Positions 24,314-36,200 of a stretch of DNA of 64,000 bases are shown here, one piece after another. The position numbers and the translations under genes were made by a program. How positions within the stretch are numbered: position 1 is the first letter of the stretch; each line of letters starts with the position of its first letter. The stretch is from the NCBI GenBank assembly GCA_051362555.1, contig CM120642.1, forward strand, positions 11,284,001 to 11,348,000. The letters are read 5' to 3'. The DNA comes from Lingula anatina. Lineage: Eukaryota > Animalia > Brachiopoda. The notes under the pieces were generated by a model, which was given only the letters and a program-made list of their open reading frames with translations, ran no database searches and was not told the origin of the DNA.

Positions 24314-25220
24314 AGCATGCTTTGCGTGGTTACATCCCTATACGTCCCCGCACTGATACTCCCCTGCACCATTACTTCCCCGCACCGATACACATGGATA
24401 CTGCACCAATACTACCCCGCAAATTTATGTCCACACACCGATAACCCCCACACAGAAGAATATATTATTTTTATTTGCACTGTTGAAAAAAAATTGCCAA
24501 CACAGACTGCATAAAACATGAAAACTGTAGCAACTTGCTTGTGCATTCATTAATTACTGCTTATGTGTAAAATTATGCATTTGGTTATGCTCTTCTATAA
24601 TAATGGAATGTTTCGTTTTTTTTTTTTTTTTTTTTTTTTTTCATAATCCTCTCAGAATACTTGAGTACGGAATTGACTTCAAAAACATTTTAAGGCTATA
24701 TAATAAATAATACTTTGAAATTCTATATCTGCACTTTATTTCATATCTCTAACTTCAGGATTTTATTGTTATCATTGCTATTTTATATATTTTTTGTTTC
24801 ACTTTTAAGAGCTCTGTTAATATTAAAATTTCTGAGACATTTTGTAAATAAATTTATTTATTCATTGATAGATAGATGGACAGATAGATCAGATGAATAA
24901 AATTATTAAATGTTTATTACTTTGTGTGTATGTACTTGATCACAGAAAAATAGGAACAGTGCTAACAGTAGTATGTGCCAAAATTATCCTGAAAAAAAGG
25001 GAAAATTTTCAAGATAAATTAAGACATTTAAAACGAGAATTCACAAAACTGTTACACGCCATGGCACTGCCACAAACTATGTTTAGAATTTTATTTTAAT
25101 GCATTATAATATTAAAGTCATACTGAAAGAAAAATATGTTTTTAAGATTAAGAAATTTAAAACCAAATTCCAAAGCTGCGGTACAGTGTTTATGGGTCCA
25201 TGCATTTACGTAAAATATTA

Positions 25221-25382
25221 CTAACAGTTACTGACTGTCCAAATGTACATCTCGACATACTTGCAAACGGGTGGAAAGTGTGTATTTGTTGTTGATGAAA
25301 TCCGAGGAAATATAGTGTAACAGTAAAACAGTGACTTAGCACAATTTCTTGAGATCCAGGCTTTCCCCACGAGAGTCGCCAT
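25221..25382 (-). pseudogene. Orphan duplicate of NUBPL exon 1 upstream of copy 2
   Basis: Homologous to ~6975-7147 ([19 protein letters not shown]...). About 11 bp is deleted near the exon end and the donor GTAAGT has become GCAAGT. No downstream NUBPL exons follow. Unspliced, it reads as a 53-aa ORF. Confidence 0.85.
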
Positions 25383-25651
25383 TTTTGCTCGCGGAATTCC
25401 CTACCTCGCTTCCATACGAGAAACACAGGCATAAGGTAAATGCCCAAGATAAAACCCATTAGCTTGGACTGACATAAATCAAATATTTATTTCGCAAAAC
25501 CAGGTAAAAATCTAAAATTAATCAAAATGCAATTTTAGGCGCTATGAGGGACATCTGACGAGACAATTTAGAAAAGAGTGTGTTGATTTTTGGCCGCGTG
25601 CCTGTGGCATAAGTAACCTGGCACGCCATAACTATGTACGCAGCGTACAAA
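25383..25651. promoter_or_regulatory. Duplicated bidirectional promoter of copy 2
   Basis: Colinear with 7148-7419; the E-box CACGTG is replaced by CGCGTG. Confidence 0.7.
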
Positions 25652-28600
25652 ATGCAGCAGGATTTTGAGTTAGTTTGCTCTGCCACAGCCAATAGTGGTA
25701 AAATACCTGTGTACAAGTATAAGTCAAAGTCGACAGGATTAACCGTGTCCATAGCTCAGGTAGATGGGCCAACCGTAAGCGGGTATTTTTGCTTGGGTAA
25801 GTTGTTCTGGTGAAGCCAGCTGTTGATCGTTTGCTCCATCTTAGGAGTACTGTACGGTCGATCGAAAATGCCTGGAATTAGATACCTGGATGTAGTTCGA
25901 TCGTAACTGCAATGCTTGGCAACTTGCACAGTCATTGTTTATTTATATTATGTGCGTATTTGCCTGACTGGTGAAAATGCTTCGTTTTTCGCTTAGTGTG
26001 CCCTTTCTAGTTGTCGCTTGTGTAAACAGACGCCAGTTTCATACATGTACAAATACCATTCTGTGGTTTTACCATGATCTTATTTCGTAGGGTATGGTCA
26101 CACCTAAAGACAACGAAGTTTTGGGCATGTGTTTATTTGTAGCAGTATATATATGTGTGTGTGTGGAGTCCTTTTAATCATGTAGATGCATATACAGTTT
26201 TATAGAGAGTGAGACTAATCACTTGGTTATATTAAATTTTAGAGTTGTTACATAATATGTATTTAAATAGTCATTTGTGCAAATACCAACCTCTTGAGCT
26301 CAGCTAATAAAGCAAAGAATGTGACCCATTTCAGCTAGTCTGAACAATTTATCTTTAGTATAGTTTAATTGATTTATTTTAATCAATATTACATGTATTT
26401 TAATGCATTGCTTTAGTCCCTTAAATGTTGGTCAAGTTGGGATGAAAACTATCTTTAATTTGTGTCTACATAACATTCAACTTGTTTGCTTATCTCCCAC
26501 CCTCGCATGCCAGATTTTTCTAAGTACATTGTGCAGGTTATATTTATTTATTGCTGATTGAGGTAAGTTTTGGGTTGCTTATACCATAATGAAACAATAT
26601 CTGTTTTTATTTTCCCAGCTACTGAGGCCCATGATGATGATGGATTACCCCACACTTTGGAACATTTGGTATTTATGGGGAGTGAAAAGTACCCATACAA
26701 GGTAGGATTTTGTCAATACTGGATATATGTCATCATGTAAGTTTTGACTGTTCACCAATTTTGAAGCAAAATTGATAGATATGATGATGTCATGGGACAT
26801 CACACAATGACAAAGCATGCTTCCTATTTATGAATAAGTCAGAAAGAAAAAGGTTCCAAGGTAACATTACAAGTATTTTTCTCGCCAAACAGAAGAGCTT
26901 ATGTGTCATTTTAATGATTTATAGTCATGTTTCTTCTGACATGCTTTCAGGGTGTATTGGACCTGTTGGCAAACCGCTGCCTGGCCTCTGGCACCAATGC
27001 CTGGACTGATACAGACCATACATGTTACACCATGCAGACAGCGGGAGATGAAGGCTTCCTCACACTCATGCCCATATATGTAGAACATGTGCTTTTTGCT
27101 ACTCTTACCGTAAGTATATTTGATGATTTGCATTCTGGGAAATTTTGCTATTCTAAATAAGTTGTGGAATATTAATACTTCTTCAGTGTGTTCATGAATA
27201 CAAGTGAAGATGAAGTAGTTCTTTACATTCAGCAGTTTATATTCTAACCTGTCATTAGTCATACGACTTCCTGACAGTATCCCTTCTTCCCACCACTGCA
27301 TTCCAATGAAAATTATGTGCATCTAATCAAAGGTAACATGTATGTCTGAGTTGTATTTTTGTATATATATAATGATGAAAAACATGTTACTAATGGATTG
27401 GATGCCAAGTTGTTCAAGTTAGCAAGACAGTGTTTTTCAAAATATGTCATATACAATCAGTTTTGGAATAAGCTAAGAAAATGCTGCAGTCTTAAACTAT
27501 TTGATCAATAGTTTATTTATAAAATTATTTGTCTATTTAACTAAAATAGAAAGTGCTAGTATTGACCCTTGAGTACTACGTATATACTTCATCCTCCAGG
27601 ACTCTGCCTACCTCACAGAAGTTCACCACGTCACAGAGCAAGGGGAGGATGCTGGAGTGGTCTACTGTGAAATGCAGGCCTGTGAAAACACAGGGGAGGG
27701 GAGAACCAGACTCGCCCTTCTCAGAGCCATGTACCCAGGGCATTGTGGGTATAAGTCAGAGACTGGGGGAATGTTGGAAAATCTACGCATAAGTACCTCA
27801 AATAAAAAGGTAAAATGGATTGTTTTTCTCCAAATTGATGGTATTATATAATTATAGACTTTGGCTGAGGTTGTTTTGCAGAAAAGTGATCAAGGAAAGA
27901 TAAAAACCATAGAAAAATATAATTTCATTGCAAACAATACTTCGCAACAAAAGGAAGTCATTTAAGCAATATTTCAGTGATGCCAGTAATAAACTGAGAT
28001 TTACATAAATTTTTCAGGTTGTGAGCTATCATCAGGAGTTTTACCGCCCAGAGAATCTTAACCTCATTATCACAGGTCAGGTCAATCCCCAAGATGTGTT
28101 CAAGGCACTAGAACCAATACAGCAGAAAATACTAGCAAAGGTAAGTGGTATAACAAGTTCAGTCCAGTTACTATTTATTACTAAATTTATTCCAACATCG
28201 TCTTTACTTTTGGATTCATAATGCTTTCTTTGTCATGTTTCATATATTGTTCTTTTTAGGGTAAACAAGCTCAATTTGTCCGTCCCTGGCAGAGTGAGGT
28301 GCCTCCCCTGGAGAATTCAGTTGAACAGATTGTCTGCTACCCCTCTGATGATGAAACTCGGGGCCTGGTCAGGATGGCCTGGAGGGGACCTAATGTCAAG
28401 GTCAGTAACTTGTAACAGCAATCACATCAAACACAAGTGCAGCCTAACATAGCATAATCAGGGTCATGTCCAACAAAATTACTATCAGAACTCCTGGAAT
28501 TACTGCTGGATATAATAACTGAAAGTGACTCCCAGACAGAGTAGCACCTTTTACTATTTATAAGAAGTGGTGCAATGTCAATTTCCATCAATACAAACAC

Positions 28601-31600
28601 ATTCAGTTTTGTCACAGCTAACACAGGGCAGCATCACACGTTTTCCTAACCTATAGCTTGCAAAGATCCTCTGGCTCTTGTAGGTGAAAAGTTGTCATGA
28701 AAAGCCAATTTTTGGTATAAATGTTGAATAATTATATTGAAATTGTAAAATTTAAATAAAAGATAGATGTAGATTGCAGCAATGTGAGTGTTATTCATTA
28801 GTCCCTCAACCAAAGACTTTTATGATTTAAGGATCTGTACACACATGTTGCATTGACTGTGATTTTGGACTACCTCCGAGATTCTGCCATATCTCCCCTA
28901 CAGAGAGACTTTGTGGAGCTGGAGGAGCCATACTGTTCAAACGTGAGTAACAGTTTTTGCTTATATTTTAATTATCAGTTTTAACATAAAAATACACCAC
29001 ATATTTATATACCATATTTGTTCATCATTTTAAAGCTGGTTTAGAAGCTGTGCCCAGTCTGTACTGACTCTTTGGAAGTAGTGAACTCCATATAATTCTT
29101 TGGCTAAATTAAAGACAACAAATAAAAAAAACTGCATTCATCTTTAAGGGGATATTTTTCTTGTGTTAATTTTTCTCTGGTAATAAACGGGTGGCTTTGA
29201 GGATTAATTTGAGAGATTTATTTGATTAATTTCAGGTGTCATATTCTATGATAGAAAACAGAGAAATGTGTCATATGCTGACATTCCAAAATGTCCCAAA
29301 AGAGAAGCTGAAGGAAATAAAACCCAGGTATGCTCTTCCACAGACTAAAAGTTTTGCTGACTTCAGTAACTTCATTAATCATGTGCATATATGCAACTAT
29401 ATACATTGTTTCATTATAATTGGTTACCTGTGTGATTATAATTGGTGTCTGTTCCACCAATCTGTGTCCTATATGATAAATCTGCACAAACATTTGTTCA
29501 GCAAATTTAGAACTGGCTAACCTAAACAGGCTAAACTGCCCGGTAAATTGTCCCTATATAAAAGAAAACTCAATATGGTCATCATATTACTGCTTTTTGT
29601 AATAAGTCTTTTGTCATGAGCGTCACTTGTTTGTGATTGATCAGGTTGTTGGCCACCATTGGTAAGATAGTGAAGAGAGAGGAAGAGATTGATAGTAAGA
29701 GAATGGAGACTGTGATTCACAAAAATGTTCTGGACAGTATGGAGAGGGTAAGTGTCAGAATTTACCTATGAAAACAAATTACATCTGTCATTGGGTTAGT
29801 TGACAGTGTGTTAGGTTTTACACTGCAGTAGATATAACAGTGTGTTAGGTGTGAAATTGAGATTGTTGCATCAGAAAGTTAGTTTAAGCAATGTATCAGT
29901 GGTAGTATGTTTTGTATTGGAGAGAATTAGATTTGACTGATGACAGATATGAAATTCTTATTTTTACTAATATCATGCTCTGTAAGATGCTATAATGACC
30001 CACTTGTGATGTTATGTTCAATGGAAGCCTGTTCTGTTGAATTGCCTGCAGGTAATCATATAATTATTACGTCTAAAATGTTTTTTTTAATGCTGTTATA
30101 TTTTGTATGCAATGCACTTGTGGCTTGGCTGGGACATCAGAAGCACAGTTTAACAGTAATATTTTGTGTCATATTTTAGTTGGAGTCAAGACCCCATGAT
30201 CAGATTGCTGGGGATTTGATAGGAGATTTCCTGTTTAGTGACACAGGAGAGGAAGTAAGACAGCATTTTTCTTGTTTTTATCCAACATTTCTTTCATCTG
30301 CTAGTATTTAAGATTTACAACTTTTTAGTGTTTTTATAATGGTGACAGTATTTGTATTGTGATCTCTGCACCATCACTGAAGATACCTAACAAATTTCAC
30401 TTTTTGTTTTTCAATTTAATGCCTATAGCTTATATTTATTTATTTATTTGAAATTTATAGAGCAGCAGTGGCAAATTAATTGGATTGATTTATCTTCCAG
30501 CTGGTTGAGAGAGTGAACCAGATAGAAATTTTTAGAAAACTGAGTAAAGAAAACAAGGACTACTGGTACAATTTGCTGAACCAATATTTTATGACCCGTC
30601 CTTCTGTCACTGTAAGTATGGCAGTTTTTATATTCAGACATTGTTAGTTTAAGTAATCTAATCACCTGTGTCTGCCCTTTTCCTAATTGTCTGCACGGAA
30701 CATATTCTATTGCCTTTTAACTGCTTCAAAATATGTCTGTCTGTGCATGTGCCAGCCTTAATGCCCAATTTACTTGTAATTCTAAGATGTAGCACCCAAG
30801 GAAGTTTCCATTAATACATTCAAGAAAGGAAATTGTTTGAGACACCAGACTATATTCATAATCAGGCAACATGCATCACCATATTTATTTTAAGTTTGTT
30901 CCCCCAAGGTGAAGCTTTCTGCAATGGCTGCTTTGCTTTCTAATATGCAACTAAATTGCCAACAGATAGTGTCCATATTTATCCTTTCTTCCAGATAATT
31001 GGAGAACCCAGTAAGGAGCTCCATGAGAAAATGGCTGCCACAGAGAAGGAACGTATAGAAGAACAGAAGAAGAAATTAGGAGAGACAGGGTTAGCACAGA
31101 TGGGGGAGAATCTCAAAAAGGCTTGTGAGGAAAATGAGGTAAGATCTGTAATGTTTTGGGGAAATGTTTTGAATGAGTATGATAAAGTGTGGATCCTGCA
31201 ATATGCTGTCTTGTGTATTAGCTAAATATCTGTATGAGTACATATTTATTTTGTCATAAAAATAGAGATTATGTGCTTCCATGTGGTTATGTAGGTGAGA
31301 AAAAGACTTTAGAGGGGAGTACTGATACATGGAATATGTAGTACTTTCAGATATGCTTACATCTGTGTATCTTGTAGTAACACCATTTTTATCATAGAAT
31401 ATTTCTGTTTTGAATTCAGATTGAAGCACCAGGAGAAGTTATCACCAGTGTGGACATTCCAAATGTCAGCAGCATTAAATTCCATCCAATTACAACGTGC
31501 CACTCAGGCCACGCTGAGGCTGACACCAAATTCTCAGGTTTTCCTCTCAGTGATCTTCCTGTGGCATTCCAGCTGAATAGCATTAACAGTAACTTTGTGT

Positions 31601-32582
31601 CTGTAAGTTTTAGTTGCTTGAAAGTTCCCAGGGAATGTTTTAAAATTACACATGCCAAATTTCCCTGAGGGGTATCTGGTAGCAACAATTAATTATCTTT
31701 CTAGGTAAATCATCTGTGGAATAAATGATGTTGATGAAAATGATAATTATTTCAGTCTGTAAAATGTATAGATAAATGTGTTTAATGAGGATTACCTCTA
31801 TTATATATAGTGCATAATTTCTTTTAAACTCTAAACCGATTGGTGAAAACTCTTGGTATGAATTGATATGTGTTGATGTGTTGGTTATTTTATTGTCAGT
31901 TGCGCTGCTGTATCAATACGGATGCTGTACCTCAGGACCTGAAATATTACCTTCCTCTCTATGCTGCTGTGATGTGTGAGTCACCTCTGATGAGAAACAA
32001 TGGTAGGATAATTATGGTTTCATTTTAACAAAGCACTCCATGTAATTTTAGCATGTTTCTGTCTGTTTAGGCAACTCGTCTTATAATTCTTTGAAGTACT
32101 GAGATAATAGAGCACCTTATCTAATTGTTTTTCTGTGATCTAATGCAAAATGATATTATTGTCAGTGCTTTAAGAAATTCTGTTAAGTCCATTTTCATTT
32201 CTGTGAAGGTTTATAACTGATTTTTGGTAGTGACTGATGTCATTTGGTTTTCAAACCATCCATATTTAGTGGTCATTGTAACAGTTTTGGCTCTTGGATT
32301 GATGTGTTTATTATTATTATTATTATTATTGTTGTTGTTGTAGTTAACTCACTATTGGTACACTATTGTATCAGCACCCTTATTAGTGAATAGCCTTATG
32401 ATAATTTAAATTATGTATTGCAGAGCTGGTGTCCCATGAGATTGTCATCCAAGAGTTGGAAGCTGACACTCTGAGTGTGGACACCTCTCTTGGTCTCTCA
32501 GGAGGAATGTTCATACATGGAGATTTTCCACAACTGCTTACACTCCGCCTCAAGGTTAGTCTGTGTGTGTGTGTGTGTGTGT

Positions 32583-32622
<40 letters not shown>

Positions 32623-33227
32623 TTTATTATGAAATCTGCAAGACTAAAGTGTTTTTTCATTGATTTTACTGCCTTATATCAAGGAATACACTTCTTACCA
32701 CTTTAGGTAGAGTGTGAGAAGTACAAGAAGTCCATCACATGGATTCATGAACTGCTGTTCAAGATCCAGTTTAATGAAGAGAGACTGAAAATTGTAGCAC
32801 AGAAAATGGTGAATGAAGTGTCTTGTCTGAAGAGAAGAGGCCTGTTGATAGCACAAAACATGATGAAGGATATGTCTTTTGATAAAGGCAAGCACACTAG
32901 CACATAAATAGAAATACTGAGTGTATGTATGTGTGCACATCTGCTTCTGTACGTGTGTGTAGTGTTTGGCATACAATTTATAACCTGTGACTTTCTAAGT
33001 TATTTTGTGGTCAAAAAAGTTGACCTGTCACCCCTAAGAAAAAATTGAATTGTTAACGGAATAGAAGTATTACTCACTATTATCTTAGATGGTTGATCAT
33101 ATACATTTGATAAAGTAAGGGTTTTCTGTCTTGTAGCAAGTAACATGGTTGTCATGGGGTTCATGAGACAGCATACATTCTTGACTGATATGTTGGAGAA
33201 ATTGGAAAAATCACCAACTAAAGTAAG

Positions 33228-33280
<53 letters not shown>

Positions 33281-36200
33281 AACTGCCAGTGTTGATTTAT
33301 TTTTTAATGGACTGCAATATTTATTTTAATCCATCAAAATTATTTCAGGTTATAGAGCAGATGAAGAGACTTCAAAAACTGCTGACATTACCAGAAAACA
33401 TCACAATCCACATGTCAGCAGATGTGACAAGACTAGCACAACTAACGCAATGTGATCCTCATGAAGTCTGGAAACAGGAGCTCCTACCAAAGGAACTGCA
33501 GCAGGAAGTGGGCAAAGTGGATTTGACAAAAAAGTGAGTTTTAAAAATATTTAAATAATTTTTTCTGATGCAAAAGAAACTGAACTATGGTATAAAAAAC
33601 GAAATTCCTGTTACAAATTCCTGTTGATATAAATTACTGCATGTTTATGAAAATATTTAAGAAATTTATGACAACCAGTTTGCTCTAACTGATGCATTAT
33701 TACAAAATAAACATGGAAATGTGATATTTTGTGAAATTTAGAAAGTGCCTTAAATGCAACTGTTGCAATAAAAACCTCTTATTTAAGTATTCTTTCCCTT
33801 GTCAATTTTTATGTACAGACACAGATGTGTCTGTACATATTGCCATCACCTGCGTCTGTCGTCGCCGATGCCGATGCCGATGCCGGCGCCGTGCACTTTC
33901 AGCGTTAACACTATAAGTGGAAGACAGTTTTACTTTTTGGCTTTATATTTACAGAGCTGACTAATATTCATAAAACGCAGGTCAAGTTCGAAAATCAGCA
34001 TGATCGGGCCATTATTGTAGAATTTATGCTGTTTTTTCACTTTTTAGCATATATGCAACACTGTTAACACATTTCAAGGAAAACCGATAGGCCTGTTGTC
34101 ATGAAACTCACAGGAGTAATCAATCTTACTAAAACGCAGATCAAGTTCGAAAATCAGCATGATCGGGCCACTATTTTAGTAGTTATGCTGTTTTTTTTCA
34201 CTTTTCAGCATATGTGCAACACTGTTAACACATTTCAAGGAAAACCGATAGACCTGTTGTCATGAAACTCACAGGAGTAATCAATCTTACTAAAACGTAG
34301 GTCAAGTTTGAAAATCAGCATAATCGGGCCATTATTTTTTAAGTTATGCTGTTTTTTCACATTTCTTCAGATTCAATTCTTAGGCATGTTAACAGTCTCA
34401 TTATTTAATTAATAAGATATGTAAAAGTGTTTGTTTGACATTTCCTGCATCTTTACAACATTGTTAGTTGATTATGTAAAAATGATGATAAACTTGTTAT
34501 CGTGTATTGTGTAATAAAGTGTCAAAAATGGAAATAAACTCATATCATTGCAGTTTGTAAGATTCAATCATTCATTATGTTCAGAAACTCAGAATGGAGG
34601 AAATTGGACATTTGACACTGTTCTATTGATATTTTTCACATCTCATCAACTTTCTTAGTTGATCATATAAAAATGGCAGTAAACTGTTAATTTTGTTTTA
34701 TGTTAAAAAATTGTTAAAAATGGAAAAAATGCATTTCAGGACAGTACTGTCTTGTCTACATTTTGGCATTTTCAAGGTGTGACTTTGAAGTTCCATGGGC
34801 CTGAAGACCTTTGCTAGTCACATTTTCTGAATATCCATGATATTAATATTTTATTATTAAAAATTGATGGTTATTATCCTGTTAAAAATTATGTAATATT
34901 GCATCAAAATTTGAAGAAACCCCTATTTTGGACACTGCTCCCTTGATGACCATTTAAGGAAAACCATGTCACTTACTGTTCTCAAACTTACAGGAAAGAA
35001 ACATGGGACTAAAATACAGTTTCATTAGGCAGTGCAGTCTATTTGGTAAATTTTTCTGGCAGTTAATCAGTTTTTTGTGAAAATTTAATTTTTCACATAT
35101 TGGCAATTTGAAGGTGTGACTTAGAACCACCTTGGGCTTGAAGACCCATGCTAGTCACATTTTCTGAAAATCCACGATACATATATTTTATTATTAAAAA
35201 CTGATGGTCTTTATGCTGTTAAGCATTATGAAATATTGCATCAAAATAGAAGAAAACACAATTTTGGGTATTGCTGCCATGATGACCATCATGGGAAAAC
35301 CATATTACTTATGATTGTCAAACTTTTAAAAAAGAAACACAGGACTAAAATGCAGCTCGAGTTGGAAAAGCAGTCTAATTGACTTCTTTTTCTGGAAGTT
35401 TTACATTTTCAATGTGTGAACTTGAACTCCCATGGGCCTGAAGCCTTATGCTTGTTACACAATTTACTTACATTGGTATTACCTGTTGAGCATAATTAAA
35501 ATTTGATGTTGAATTTGCAGTTTAACATAATGTACTTTTACATCAGAATTGACAGTAGCCTATTTTGTTATTTCCTGCTTTTTGTCTGTACATTTGACAG
35601 CTTTGCTGCCTTGTTAAAACTGACAATCGATCTGTTTCTCCAGACAACCAGTCAAGTTCTCTCACTCTTTCCTCCGTACCCTTGAAGAGACATCTGAGAG
35701 TATGGGGATCATCTGTGGCGTAGCAGCTGTGGAGTCAGCATACCTGATTCTCAGTGTTCCCTGCCTTACAACCTACATCCATGCTGACACTGCACCTGTA
35801 ATGGTATTCATACAGTACCTGACCCAGATGGAGGGACCCATGTGGAGACAGATTAGAGGCATGGGACTGTCCTATGGATACAGGTTATAAGTGTGGGCAG
35901 TGACCTAGATAGAGAACTACTGCTTACTAGGTCATAAATGTGATGGAGTATGTAGCTTTTAACCAGCTTGAATCTATGGATGCATATCAGTACTAGTACA
36001 TATCAGCAAAATAAACTATATAATGAAATTTGGCTTGGACAGTTTATGAAGATTTTTAGTACTTTGGCTAAAATTAATATGTTTTGAGGTTGTTTGAATC
36101 ATTTGCTGGTTACCCAATCCCCAATCTTGGAGATGTCTCTAAAGCCAGTGGGAGTTGTTTTCAGTAATTTTGTTTTTGTTTCAGAATGAGCATCAAGCAG

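Larger units (their letters stand above)
18409..29000 (+). repeat. Near-identical segmental duplicate, unit A (3' part of copy 1, spacer, 5' part of copy 2)
   Basis: Matches ~32707-45150 almost base for base, including introns and the intergenic spacer, apart from scattered SNPs/indels and one 1.8-kb insertion. The right boundary is gradual. Confidence 0.9.

Noticed and set aside
26906-27322. 138-aa minus-strand ORF repeated at 43033-43449, and similar antisense ORFs
   Set aside because: Antisense shadows of peptidase exons; they recur only because the DNA is duplicated.
29655-29670. Cryptic donor TG|GTAAGA inside exon 9 of copies 2 and 3
   Set aside because: Its use would give a ~17-nt frameshifting micro-exon. 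A synonymous GGA/GGT change explains it, and there is no evidence of use.
33960-34350. Regularly spaced repeats resembling a CRISPR array
   Set aside because: Whole ~160-bp units are similar with no unique spacers, there are no cas genes, and the context is a eukaryotic intron.
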